A stretch of DNA of 63,973 nucleotides, filler included, from Octopus bimaculoides (GCF_001194135.2; 7 parts of 5 records of this genome joined end to end with filler, not necessarily neighbours in it); one strand, 5' to 3'; counted from the whole stretch's first letter, positions 38,770-51,374 are shown. Numbers and translations: made by a program. Notes: generated from the sequence alone by a model not told the origin.

Positions 38770-38964
38770 CGCATATATACATGCAAACATATTCTCACAC
38801 AAACACACACACATACACATACATATATGCATACATACATGCATATATACATATATATATATATGCATATATCCATGTCTGTAAACATTGTATACATATA
38901 TATGTGTGTGTGTGTGTGTGTGTATTTATATGTATGCATATATGTATGTATATATGTATATATA

Positions 38965-39000
<36 letters not shown>

Positions 39001-39018
39001 CGTATGTATGTCTGCATG

Positions 39019-39052
<34 letters not shown>

Positions 39053-39095
39053 TATATATATATATATATATATTTATATACATATATGTATGTCA
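38660..39095. repeat. (TACA)n/(TA)n/(TATG)n microsatellite field
   Basis: Direct reading. Confidence 0.95.
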
Positions 39096-39998
39096 TAGAT
39101 CATTCCTATATATATACACATCCTGTACAGTGGCTCCTTTCGGGGGGGAAAAAAAACGTACGGGAGGGCAAGAACAGATAGGATGAGTTCGATTACTACG
39201 TTTCAGTCTTGCGTTTGATGTTGGACAGCGAAGCTAGGTTAGGCGTGGGTCAAGCCGTTTACTTACGTTTAATGGACCGTCGCATAATTGCACTCTCCTT
39301 TTTGCCCAACGAACCAGAGAATCATAGTTAATGGACCTTGTTTATACCGATTATACTTTGCCGGTCAGTGTATATCCATCTATCTGTCTGCCTGTCTGTC
39401 TGTCTGCCTGTCTGTCTGTCTATCGGTCTATCTATTTCTCTCAATATATATATATGTGTGTGTGTGTGTGTGTATGTACGTACTTATACAACATTCTCTC
39501 ACACACACACACACTATATATATATATATATATANNNNNNNNNNNNNNNNNNNNNNNNNNNNNNNNNNNNNNNNNNNNNNNNNNNNNNNNNNNNNNNNNN
39601 NNNNNNNNNNNNNNNNNNNNNNNNNNNNNNNNNNNNNNNNNNNNNNNNNNNNNNNNNNNNNNNNNNNNNNNNNNNNNNNNNNNNNNNNNNNNNNNNNNNN
39701 NNNNNNNNNNNNNNNNNNNNNNNNNNNNNNNNNNNNNNNNNNNNNNNNNNNNNNNNNNNNNNNNNNNNNNNNNNNNNNNNNNNNNNNNNNNNNNNNNNNN
39801 NNNNNNNNNNNNNNNNNNNNNNNNNNNNNNNNNNNNNNNNNNNNNNNNNNNNNNNNNNNNNNNNNNNNNNNNNNNNNNNNNNNNNNNNNNNNNNNNNNNN
39901 NNNNNNNNNNNNNNNNNNNNNNNNNNNNNNNNNNNNNNNNNNNNNNNNNNNNNNNNNNNNNNNNNNNNNNNNNNNNNNNNNNNNNNNNNNNNNNNNNN

Positions 39999-40029
<31 letters not shown>

Positions 40030-40032
40030 GCA

Positions 40033-40080
<48 letters not shown>

Positions 40081-40499
40081 CGCCGGTATCCGTTGATCCC
40101 GGATAGGGTTAGGAATCAAATATCTGGTGTCTCTATGTCTACTCATCGCATATCACATTAGAGATTTCTGATTGGATATATTAGCAGTAACATGTGATCA
40201 ACAATCGGATATGGAAGCATATGAGGAAATTAACTCGTCTTTGATCACTGATCAATGAATGAATGAATCAATCAATCACTCAGTGGTGTTTAGTTAGTGA
40301 TCAGATAATGAGCCAAGTAACTGATGTCTCTAACATAATATAACACGTTGTCTGGTATTACCCATAATGCATTTGAGCTTATTTGGATGCTCTTTGACCT
40401 GTGATCACGTGGTGCTAATTATTTGATATTTTTCACACATCTTTAACGTCTCATCCGAGAAATCTGTTTTCTTTTCATCTTCTATCTTTGCTCTTTTCA

Positions 40500-41136
40500 T
40501 CCACTGGACTGCGGTCATGCTGGGGCAATTATCTTAACTGGTTTTAAATCAAAGAAATCAACTTAAGTTCTTAGTATTTAAGTATAGTAATTATTCCATC
40601 GTTTTTTTTTGTTTTGTTTTGTTTTGTTTTGTTGTTGTTTTTTTTTTTGTTTTTTGCTAAATTGCTAAGTTGCGGGAACGTAGACAAACCAACGCCGGCG
40701 GTTGGGTACTGGGTGAAGTGGTGAAGACAAAAACAAACACTCATACACACACACACACACAAACTCATATATTTATACAGACGAATAACGGGTTTCTACA
40801 GTTTCCAATCAAGCAAATTCATTTAAAAGGCACTAGTAGAGGGCACTCGTCCACGTAGTGGGACTGAACCCGGAACCATGTGGTTGGGAAGCAAGTTTCT
40901 TACCACACAGCCACCCTTGCGCCATATATATGTATATACATACACACACACACATATATATATAACGGGCTTCTTTTCAGTTTCTGTCAAGCAAATTCAC
41001 TTAAAAGACATTGGTCGACCCGAGGTTATAGTAGAAGACACTTGCCCAAGATGCCATACTGTGGGACTGAACCCGGAACCATGTGGTTAGGAAGCAAGTT
41101 TCTTACCACACAGCCACGCTTGCGCCATATATATGT

Positions 41137-41171
<35 letters not shown>

Positions 41172-41331
41172 ACGGGCTTCTTTTCAGTTTCCGTCAAGCA
41201 AATTCACTTAAAAGGCATTGGTCAACTTGAGATTATAGTAGAAGACACTTACTCAAGATGCGATGCTGTGGGACTGAACCCGGGACCATGTGGTTAGGAA
41301 GCAAGCTTCTTACCACACAGCCACGCCTGTG
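40500..41331 (-). mobile_element. SINE family C tail plus tandem triplication of the head half
   Basis: Head repeats start at 40786, 40963 and 41170. Confidence 0.8.
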
Positions 41332-41599
41332 ACAGATCGGTACAACTAGATGGACTTCTCGTTTTCAACTCGTTCAGCTAAGGGTGATAAGGAAATTCTT
41401 TAATCAATTTCCTTATTTTTATAATGAAGCATAAATTTATATGACTTCATACGATTGCCACGTTTTGTCAAAGATTATTGGGATAAAAATCAGACAACAG
41501 ACTCGATGAGATTATTGAGAAGGAAAAAAAAGAAAAAGATTTTGATAAATCACATTGTTACTAATAATATAGTCACCCTTTTTTTATGTTTAATTTCTC

Positions 41600-42165
41600 T
41601 TTTTACTTGCTTCAGTCACTGGAATGCGACCATGCTGGAGCACTGCATTGAACGGTTTTTAGTCGAATAAGTCTACCCCAATACGTACAACTCTTTTTTT
41701 TTAATTCTGGTGCTTATTTTATCAACTACTTCTGCTGTACCGCTAAGTTAGGTAATGTAAACGAACAAACACAGTTTGCCAAGCTTCTGTGGTGGTTGGA
41801 TGAACAAACGCAGACATAANNNNNNNNNNNNNNNNNNNNNNNNNNNNNNNNNNNNNNNNNNNNNNNNNNNNNNNNNNNNNNNNNNNNNNNNNNNNNNNNN
41901 NNNNNNNNNNNNNNNNNNNNNNNNNNNNNNNNNNNNNNNNNNNNNNNNNNNNNNNNNNNNNNNNNNNNNNNNNNNNNNNNACACACGCGCGTATATATAC
42001 GATATAACATACACATAACTTCCGTCTACAAAATTCACTCGCAAGGCATTGGTCACACTGAGGTTACAGTAGAAGACATTTGCCCAAAGTGTCGGGCAGT
42101 GAGATTGAACACGAGCCGACGTGGTGGTAAAGCGAGCTTCTGAACCACTCAGCTATACCTGTGGA
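41600..42165 (-). mobile_element. SINE family C composite spanning a gap
   Basis: Tail 41600-41820, gap, head 42015-42165. Confidence 0.7.
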
Positions 42166-42190
42166 TAATATATAATATATATTAAGTTTA

Positions 42191-42817
42191 AGGCAGCGAG
42201 CTGGCAGAAACGTTAACACGTCGGACGAAATGCTTAGCGGTATTTCGTCTGCCGTTACGTTCTGAGTTCAAATTCCGCCGAGGTCGACTTTGCCTTTCAT
42301 CCTTTCGGGGTCGATAAATTAAGTACCAGTTACGCACTGAAGTCGATATAATCGACTTAATCCCATTGTCTGTCCTTGTTTGTCATCCCCCCCCCTATTT
42401 TTAGCCCCTTGCGGCCAATAAAGAAATAAGAAACGTTAACACGTTGGGTGAAATGCTTAGCGTTATTTCGCACGTCTTTACGATCTGAGTTCAAATTCCG
42501 CCGAGGTTGACTTTGCCTTTTATCATTTCGGGGTCGATAAATTAAGTACCAGTTGCGTACTGGGTCGATCTAGTCGACTGGGCCCCACCCCTCAAAATTT
42601 CTGGCCTTGTGCCTAGAGTAGAAAAGAATATATTTTAAGTTTTACTCCTTGTTATTTTATTTTCTCATTTTACGTTCTGAGTTCAAATTCTGCCGCGGTT
42701 GACTTTGCTTTTAATCCTCTCATTGTCGATGACATAAGTATTAGTTGAGCGCTCGATGTCATTGACTAACCCTCTGTTATTTAATTCCGGGCCCACTGCT
42801 TATAGGAGAAAGGATAT
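42191..42817 (+). mobile_element. Three tandem SINE family B copies
   Basis: Head ggcagcgagctggcagaaacgtt, B-box-like gagttcaaattcc, and the core repeated at about 42260, 42485 and 42672. Confidence 0.85.
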
Positions 42818-43285
42818 TCTTCTTTCTCTCTCTTTCTCTGTTACTACACTCCCCCCTCTGCTAGCATTCCTTACCACTTCCTATCTGCGTTGCCATCTTA
42901 CTCACTAACTGTTTAAAAAAACAAACAAATATGTTGTGCATATTTGTAGAAATAAGCCTTGTGGTTAAACCTCACGTGGTTCAGTAGCTTAGCCTGAGGA
43001 TCGAAACAATCATTTAAAACTCATCAGTGATCGCTTATCTTTGCTTTCCAAACTGCCGAAAGGTACGACTGCTTTTAGAAATGTAAACAAAAATTACACA
43101 AAGCGTAACGGAATTTAACGATGTTTTCCAAGGTGAATAACCGGGTATTCTAGTTACAATAGAACAGATGTATAAATAAATATGCGCACGGAGTCATATA
43201 ACTTATAGCTTGTGGATTTATATGTTATTAGGGTTTTGGTCGTTTCCGCAAGTTTATTTAAATGTTTTGCATATATGTATATAGG

Positions 43286-43581
43286 CACAGGAGTGGCTGT
43301 GTGGTAAGTAGCTTGCTTACCAACCATATGGTTCCGGGTTCAGTCCCACTGCGTGGCACCTTGGACAAGTGTCTTCTACTATAGCCTCGGGCCGACCAAA
43401 GCCTTGTGAGTGGATTTGGGAGACGGAAACTGAAAGAAGCCCGTCATATATATGTATATATATATATGTATGTGTGTTTGTGTGTCTGTGTTTGTCCCCC
43501 TAGCATTGCTTGACAACCGATGCTGGTGTGTTTGCGTCCCCGTAACTTAGCGGTTCGGAAAAAGAGACCGATAGAATAAGT
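43286..43581 (+). mobile_element. tRNA-derived CORE-like SINE (family C; OR2-like) with internal microsatellite, runs into gap
   Basis: Head gagtggctgtgtggtaag...ggttcagtcccac; MIR/CORE-like ctgcgtggcaccttggacaagtgtctt; (TA)/(TG) linker; 3' half gcattgcttgacaaccgatgctgg. Confidence 0.8.
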
Positions 43582-43879
43582 NNNNNNNNNNNNNNNNNNN
43601 NNNNNNNNNNNNNNNNNNNNNNNNNNNNNNNNNNNNNNNNNNNNNNNNNNNNNNNNNNNNNNNNNNNNNNNNNNNNNNNNNNNNNNNNNNNNNNNNNNNN
43701 NNNNNNNNNNNNNNNNNNNNNNNNNNNNNNNNNNNNNNNNNNNNNNNNNNNNNNNNNNNNNNNNNNNNNNNNNNNNNNNNNNNNNNNNNNNNNNNNNNNN
43801 NNNNNNNNNNNNNNNNNNNNNNNNNNNNNNNNNNNNNNNNNNNNNNNNNNNNNNNNNNNNNNNNNTATATATATATATA

Positions 43880-44052
43880 ACACCACCGTCATCAACACCA
43901 CCATCTTCACCACCGCTAATATCATCATCGTCGTCGTCATCGTCGTCGTCATCGTCATCGTCGTTGTCGTCATCGTTGTCATCACCATCAACTACAACAA
44001 CAACAACAACAACAAAAACAGCAAAATCGTCATAATCTTCATCACTATGACC

Positions 44053-44084
<32 letters not shown>

Positions 44085-44185
44085 CAACAATACCGACACT
44101 TTCACCACCACCTTTATCATCAGCAACAGCAGCGGCACCACCAGCAGCAGCAGCAGAAGCAACAGCAGCAGCAGCAGCAGCAACA
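43880..44185. repeat. CAT/CAC/CAA/CAG trinucleotide tract
   Basis: Direct reading. Confidence 0.93.
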
Positions 44186-44749
44186 TCGTTTCCGCTGATT
44201 GGTGTCTATGTAGAAATAAGTAATCTGGCTTTTTTGTTGTTTTAATTTTTTTTTCCTTTTTTATTTCTCTCTCCCTTGTCAGGCCTAGCCCTCTTCATCT
44301 CCTTCAAGTGCCACTTGACGAAGAAGGTAATAGTAGAGAGTGAGAGAGTGGGGGGGAGAGAGAGAGAGAAGCGTTTCTCTCCACTCTAATCCCAAATCTA
44401 TACACTAAGGACAGCGCATCAATACAACAAACTGGTTGCTTTTGCAATAAGCAAAAGCAAAACTTGATGGCACCTGCCTCCTCTTCAAATGTAGTTGACC
44501 GTTGCTCTCTCTGTGAGAAGCTCTTCCGGTCGTTTATGAATTTTATTTTTAATCCTACAGGGCGCCCTCAGCCATCGTCCCCACCTAGTAAATTGCTTAG
44601 CAGGATGCGCTTTAGTATCCGACCAAGCATCAACCATCAGAGATATTTTACTATGGCTGCGTGGGTACGAGTAGCAGGTACGACCTGGCAACGGTCTTTT
44701 TTTTTTTAATATTGACATGCTCAGAAGTTAAATTGGTTTTACTCAAAAC

Positions 44750-45066
44750 CAGTGGTTCCCAAACTGAGCAGTATTGCCTCTCTCCTACCCTGAGGGCAGT
44801 GCAAAGTTCCAAGGGGGCGTTGAAGAAAAGTGGGGCAATAATAGGGAAGCGATTCGTGTAAAAACTGGGGCGATAATGGGGTGGCGATTCATGTAAAAAC
44901 AACAAAATAATGGATTCATTCGGTTAAGTTTATATTTGTGAAATACAGTTTCTTTGAATTTGCTTCAGAAAGGGGTCTATGTTTGTGATGGTTAGTTGGC
45001 GTGGGGGCGCTAGGAATATGGCCTGGGTGTCAGGAGCAGCAGCCCGAAAAAGTTTCGGAACCACTG
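44750..45066. mobile_element. hAT-type (Charlie-like) non-autonomous element (317 bp)
   Basis: 16-bp TIRs CAGTGGTTCC(C/G)AAACT. The 8-bp flanks ctcaaaac and gtcaagac match at 6/8, consistent with an aged 8-bp TSD. Confidence 0.82.
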
Positions 45067-45256
45067 GTCAAGACGAATATGCGGTCCTGGATCAGCGACA
45101 AAACCACAACAACCCAAACTCCTTCGGCGTGTCAGGGACATCTTTATTTTTTCCTGTGGGCGGCACAAATGGCCTCCAAGGATGACTCCTATTTTGGGTG
45201 CCTTTTATGTTGTTATTTAGTTTTCGTTGTAATTGATTGATATAAATTCACCATAG

Positions 45257-45405
45257 GTGTAGGCGTGACTGTGTGGTAAGAAGTTTGCTTTTCAACCACA
45301 TGGTTCCGGGATCAGTCCCACCGCGTGACACCTTAGGCAAGTGTCTTCTGCTAAAGCATTAGGCTGATCAAAGCCTTATGGGTGAATTTCGTAAAATGTC
45401 ACGCG
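45257..45405 (+). mobile_element. SINE family C head half
   Basis: Matches 43286-43445. Confidence 0.75.
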
Positions 45406-45409
45406 TGTG

Positions 45410-45440
<31 letters not shown>

Positions 45441-45446
45441 ATTCTT

Positions 45447-45535
45447 TATTTCCTGTTGAAGGAGACATTGTTAGTGTGAAACTAAAGGATTCATAACTTG
45501 TAGACAAACGGACTCCAGAAACGGACGTCGAAATA
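45447..45535 (+). ncRNA. Hammerhead ribozyme-like fold, type I, A6U core variant
   Basis: 6-bp helix I tatttc/gaaata; CTGTTGA 45453-59; helix II ggag/ctcc; GAAA 45518-21; helix III ACG-GA-CGT; GUC site at 45527-29. Confidence 0.62.
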
Positions 45536-46160
45536 CATCTTATATGGTGCTATAACTCTCTATAAGCATTTCTTTAGATCCCTTAAAACAAATTTATTTC
45601 TCTGACTTTTAAATCCATCATTAAGAGTTCTCACTGCTGTCGATGTACCTTACAACTTTTTATTCTTAATTCAACATTTTTAATTTAAAATTTAATGATT
45701 TTTAATCGATGTATCACTCTTTATTTCTTTATCCTTTTCACGCATATTTTTACTTCATGTATTTCTTATTTCTATTCTAGATAATATATTGACATGTTCC
45801 TTGTCTTGCTGTATTTATTGTGTTATATATGTATTTATTATGTTGATGTAAATCATATCTATAGGATGATTATCTAAATATTGTCTCTTCTTAAACCAAG
45901 TTATATAATATCTAACGTCTCGAGTTCGACCTGAGCACTTTCAAGCAACTGTGTAAAAAGCATTTTTCGAAAGAAAAAACAATATATTTCAATGTGTGTG
46001 TGTATATATATATATATTTATATGTATATATGTATATATAAAAATGATATACATATGTGTNNNNNNNNNNNNNNNNNNNNNNNNNNNNNNNNNNNNNNNN
46101 NNNNTTAATTAATTAANNNNNNNNNNNNNNNNNNNNNNNNNNNNNNNNNNNNNNNNNNNN

Positions 46161-46291
46161 CATGATCGATGGTCTCATTTTGTTGTTGGCATATACGACA
46201 TAATGGGGAGCTGCCATTCTTTAATATGTTGGCCTGGTAGTTCTTTGTAGGTAGGCATTGATCTTGGGCTGCTATGATAAACCCCACTGTT

Positions 46292-46293
<2 letters not shown>
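46161..46293 (-). mobile_element. R4/Dong-clade LINE fragment (CCHC zinc knuckle region), 5'-truncated at (TAA)n
   Basis: ETVGFIIAAQDQCLPTKNYQANILKNGSSPLCRICQQQNETIDH: the AAQDQ motif and C-x2-C-x7-H knuckle that precede the RLE domain. The 5' junction abuts (AAT)n at 46294-46343. Confidence 0.85.
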
Positions 46294-46343
<50 letters not shown>

Positions 46344-46344
<1 letters not shown>

Positions 46345-46490
46345 GTTATTATTATTATTATTAAGGCAGCGAGCTGGCAGAACTGTTAGAGCGTCGAAAA
46401 AACTGCTTAGCGGTATTTCTTCCGATTCATTACGTTCTGAGTTCAAATTCCGCCGAGGTCGACTTTGCTTTTCATCCTTTCGGGATCGAA
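46344..46490 (+). mobile_element. SINE family B, 3'-truncated, next to (TTA)n
   Basis: Head and core as at 42191. Confidence 0.8.
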
Positions 46491-48145
46491 AGCAAACCAA
46501 CAGGATATCTTCCACTCCCTGCCACCCATAACACATAAAAAATAAAACAACGCCGTACACACAAGGTAGTACTGTAGAAAATCTTAAGAAACGATAGAAG
46601 AAAAGTTTTTCATAAATAATAACGGTTTCAAATGTTGGCACAAGGCAAGAAATTTCAGGGGAGAGGGTAAGTCAACAGATATTTATTTTAAGGGCCTTGA
46701 AATGTTAAAAAGCGAAATCAACTTCGGCGGAATTTGAGCTCAAAACGTAAAGAAGCTGGAATCATGAGTTTGGGAAGCAAGCTTGTTCCCACACGGCCAC
46801 GCCCAGCGCCTATATTTGAATTTTATGCATAATGTTTTGGTATGAATGTAAATTGATATCCCTTTGTAAATATATAGATCTGAAAGACTTACTGTAGCTT
46901 TATCAGACGTGCTAACAGAATATCGCAGTGATATCCTCTTTCTCACTGTTAATAGAAATAATGTGTCCAGCAGAGAATAGCAATTTCGTAATAATGTTCA
47001 TTTGACACTGTGCGCACACCCAGTCGACATTATATGCACAAATGGAAATACTGGAATATTGACATATGCATATATATATATAAGCATAAACACAAACACA
47101 CACACACATACATACATACATACATACATATATACATACATGCATAAATACATGTATACATACATACATGCATATACACACACATGCATACATATATGCA
47201 TACATACATGCATACATATATATATATATATATATATATANNNNNNNNNNNNNNNNNNNNNNNNNNNNNNNNNNNNNNNNNNNNNNNNNNNNNNNNNNNN
47301 NNNNNNNNNNNNNNNNNNNNNNNNNNNNNNNNNNNNNNNNNNNNNNNNNNNNNNNNNNNNNNNNNNNNNNNNNNNNNNNNNNNNNNNNNNNNNNNNNNNN
47401 NNNNNNNNNNNNNNNNNNNNNNNNNNNNNNNNNNNNNNNNNNNNNNNNNNNNNNNNNNNNNNNNNNNNNNNNNNNNNNNNNNNNNNNNNNNNNNNNNNNN
47501 NNNNNNNNNNNNNNNNNNNNNNNNNNNNNNNNNNNNNNNNNNNNNNNNNNNNNNNNNNNNNNNNNNNNNNNNNNNNNNNNNNNNNNNNNNNNNNNNNNNN
47601 NNNNNNNNNNNNNNNNNNNNNNNNNNNNNNNNNNNNNNNNNNNNNNNNNNNNNNNNNNNNNNNNNNNNNNNNNNNNNNNNNNNNNNNNNNNNNNNNNNNN
47701 NNNNNNNNNNNNNNNNNNNNNNNNNNNNNNNNNNNNNNNNNNNNNNNNNNNNNNNNNNNNNNNNNNNNNNNNNNNNNNNNNNNNNNNNNNNNNNNNNNNN
47801 NNNNNNNNNNNNNNNNNNNNNNNNNNNNNNNNNNNNNNNNNNNNNNNNNNNNNNNNNNNNNNNNNNNNNNNNNNNNNNNNNNNNNNNNNNNNNNNNNNNN
47901 NNNNNNNNNNNNNNNNNNNNNNNNNNNNNNNNNNNNNNNNNNNNNNNNNNNNNNNNNNNNNNNNNNNNNNNNNNNNNNNNNNNNNNNNNNNNNNNNNNNN
48001 NNNNNNNNNNNNNNNNNNNNNNNNNNNNNNNNNNNNNNNNNNNNNNNNNNNNNNNNNNNNNNNNNNNNNNNNNNNNNNNNNNNNNNNNNNNNNNNNNNNN
48101 NNNNNTTAGTTTAACGCTGAGGAAAGGTGTAAAGAAGAGTAGGTG

Positions 48146-48178
48146 TTTAACGTTTCGAACAAAGCTCTTCATCAGAAA
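48146..48178 (-). ncRNA. Minimal (33-nt) type I hammerhead ribozyme, Penelope-type
   Basis: Minus strand reads ttt CTGATGA A GAGC TTT GTTC GAA ACGT T aaa: 3-bp helix I, intact core with an extra A, 4-bp helix II, and a palindromic ACGT helix III that can form only in a dimer. Confidence 0.72.
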
Positions 48179-48185
48179 TATGTAT

Positions 48186-48232
<47 letters not shown>

Positions 48233-48599
48233 CGTGTGCGCACACATGTGTGTGTGTCTACGTGTCTGTATTTATCCCCTACCACCGTTTGACAACCGGT
48301 GCCGGTGTGTTTACATCGCTGCAACTTAGCAGCTCGTAACAAGCAGTGCTGTTTTCTGCAAGTGCTCCACCCTTATTGCAGCCCCTATTTGTTCCACGTA
48401 CTTCTCTACATTTTTGCTCACTGTACCCAGGGCTCTGGCAAAAATTGGTACTACTGCTACCTTTTCCATCGACTACAACTGCTTAACTTCCCAAGCTAAC
48501 CTATCATATCTCTCGACTTTTCTTTCTTCCTTATCACATACGTTATTGTCAGCTGGGTATGCTATATCTATGATCCAGCATAGTTTGTTTTCTTTCGCA

Positions 48600-48763
48600 A
48601 TATTATTATTATTATTATTGTTCAGTAGTTTTATTTTTATAACGTGCTTTCACTTCACTACCGAGCGCAGCTCTGTGCGCCTTGGGTATGTGCTGTGGTT
48701 TGCTGTGGTGCTCTTATGTTTACTGTATTGAAAGTGTTTTGCGTAGAATGTGTGCAGTACCCA
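48600..48763 (-). mobile_element. 3' end of the same R4/Dong LINE (ORF end, 3'UTR, TAA tail)
   Basis: Minus strand starts tgggtactgcacacattctacgcaa, identical to 2265-2289, reads GTAHILRKTLSIQ*, then a 3'UTR and an aataataat tail. Confidence 0.8.
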
Positions 48764-48985
48764 GGTGTGACTATGTGTATTGTGGATAAGGTGTAGCTGT
48801 TTGGTTTGTAATGAAATGTATTGGGGTTCGATCCTTCCTCATAACACCTGTTCGGTACCAGTACCACAAGATGGCCATGGTTTGGTGACACTCACGCAGA
48901 GGTGTAAATGTTCGAAACACACGAGGAATTCATTATCATCATCATCATCATTGTATTCATCATCATTAGCATCATCATCACCGCT

Positions 48986-49045
<60 letters not shown>

Positions 49046-50182
49046 TTCATCATCATCATCATCATCGTCGACATCGTCGATACCGTCATCATCATCATCA
49101 TCGTCATCATCAACGTCGTCGTCGTCATCATCATCATTTCCAATTTTGTAACAAGGCCAGCAATTCTGGTGGAAGGTTAGGGTTAGAGTTAACCCTAAGT
49201 CGACTACATCAACCTCCCCCCCACAGTAATCTATTGGTACTTAATTTATCACCCCAAAAGGACATGCTCATATATATTTAAATCATAAACTTCTGGAAAG
49301 TTTTACAGATTTATACAGTTCCAGTGACGGACTGGATCTGTAGTCTTCGAATCAGTTTTCTCCTTTCTGGTTTTCAGAAGATTAATTTCTCATGATTATT
49401 ATTTAGGCACTATGTTACATATCCTAGGGCCCCAATAATTACAGGTATAAACCTAAGTATCATGTATGTATGTATATATGTATGTGTATCTCTATGCAAG
49501 TGTGTTATTGCTACAAACTTTCGTTGTCGTTATTATAATTATTAAAGTCCTAGTAATAGTTGTTGTCATCATTTTCAGCGACGTCGTCGTCGTCGTCGTC
49601 GCAGTAGTAGTAGTAGTAGTAGTAGTAGCGGAAGTGTTTTTCTTCTATTTCCTGTTGGTTCTAAATGTCATACTCATAAACGCTACGTAAATATTACTCT
49701 GGAAAGTCCATCGATATAATCATACAAACACACACGCACACACAAACACGCACACACACACGCACAAACACGTACACATACGCACAAACACACACACATA
49801 CACAAACACGCACACACATACACATACACACACGTGCGCACAAACACGCACACACATACGCACACACAAGCACACACACATACACAAACACGCACAAACA
49901 CGCACACACGCATACACACACACAAATACGCACACGCACACACACGGACAAACACGCACACAAACACATACACACAAACACGTGCACACACACGCATACA
50001 CACATACACACGCAGACGGAAGAAGACAAAGAGGCATCGTGGGGATAGAAAGCGGGAGAGATTGAAAATACGGCTTCAATCAGATAAGAATCGATACGTA
50101 AGTGAAATTGAAAATTAAAAATTTAATAAATAGATTATAATATCAAAATCTCGAGTGCGCCATCGATAATTAGTCTTTGAAT

Positions 50183-50236
<54 letters not shown>

Positions 50237-50647
50237 ACAATAATAATAATTATTATTATTATTGGGGCCCTAGGATATGTAACATAGTGCCTAAATAATA
50301 ATCATGAGAAATTAATCTTCTGGAAACCAGAAAGGAGAAAACTGATTGGAAGACTACAGATCCAATCCGTCACTGGAACTGTATAAATCTGTAAAACTTT
50401 CCAGAAGTTTATGATTTAAATATATATGAGCATGTCCTTTTGGGGTGATAAATTAAGTACCAATAGATTACTGTGGGGGGAGGTTGATGTAGTCGACTTA
50501 GGGTTAACTCTAACCCTAACCCTCCACCAGAATTGCTGGCCTTGTTACAAAATTGGAAATGATGATGATGACGACGACGACGTTGATGATGACGATGATG
50601 ATGATGATGACGGTATCGACGATGTCGACGATGATGATGATGATGAA

Positions 50648-50691
<44 letters not shown>

Positions 50692-50807
50692 CGACGACGA
50701 CGACGAGAAGGAGGAGGAGGAGGAGGAGGAGGAGGAGGAGACGATGTCAACAACGATGATGATGAGGAGGACCAGCAAGAAGAAGCTAGTGCTGCTGCTG
50801 CTGGAGG

Positions 50808-50871
<64 letters not shown>

Positions 50872-51029
50872 AGCGGTGATGATGATGCTAATGATGATGA
50901 ATACAATGATGATGATGATGATAATGAATTCCTCGTGTGTTTCGTGTGTTATGAGGAAGGATCGAACCCCAATACATTTCATTACAAACCAAACAGCTAC
51001 ACCTTATCCACAATACACATATTCACACC
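48764..51029. repeat. Long inverted duplication (arms 48764-49439 and 50258-51029; 818-bp spacer)
   Basis: Unique parts of the arms are reverse complements with only a few substitutions. Both arms lie in one gap-free contig. Confidence 0.92.
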
Positions 51030-51309
51030 CCATATAATTCCTCTTGATTGAATTTAAAACTCCTGGCACACACACAGCACGATATCAAATTAATTGTTAA
51101 TTATAACAAGCACCTGCTGTTTGTGTCCGTTAATCGTTCCACAACTTCAATATTTTATCTGCCGCAAGCGCTGATGGTCTAACATTAGCGAGGTATCTTG
51201 TACAAGTATATATAGTACAATGGCGTAGACGAGACACAAATGTAGGTATGGATGAATAGATGGATGGATGTTATGTGTGTTATGTGTGTATGTATGTGGT
51301 ATGTATGTA

Positions 51310-51349
<40 letters not shown>

Positions 51350-51374
51350 TTNNNNNNNNNNNNNNNNNATTTTT

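Noticed and set aside
44561-44664. AG/GT-bounded open segment on the plus strand
   Set aside because: No recognisable protein similarity; weak donor.
48790-48835. tRNA-like A/B boxes (also on the minus strand near 50960)
   Set aside because: No cloverleaf; at most a decayed SINE head.
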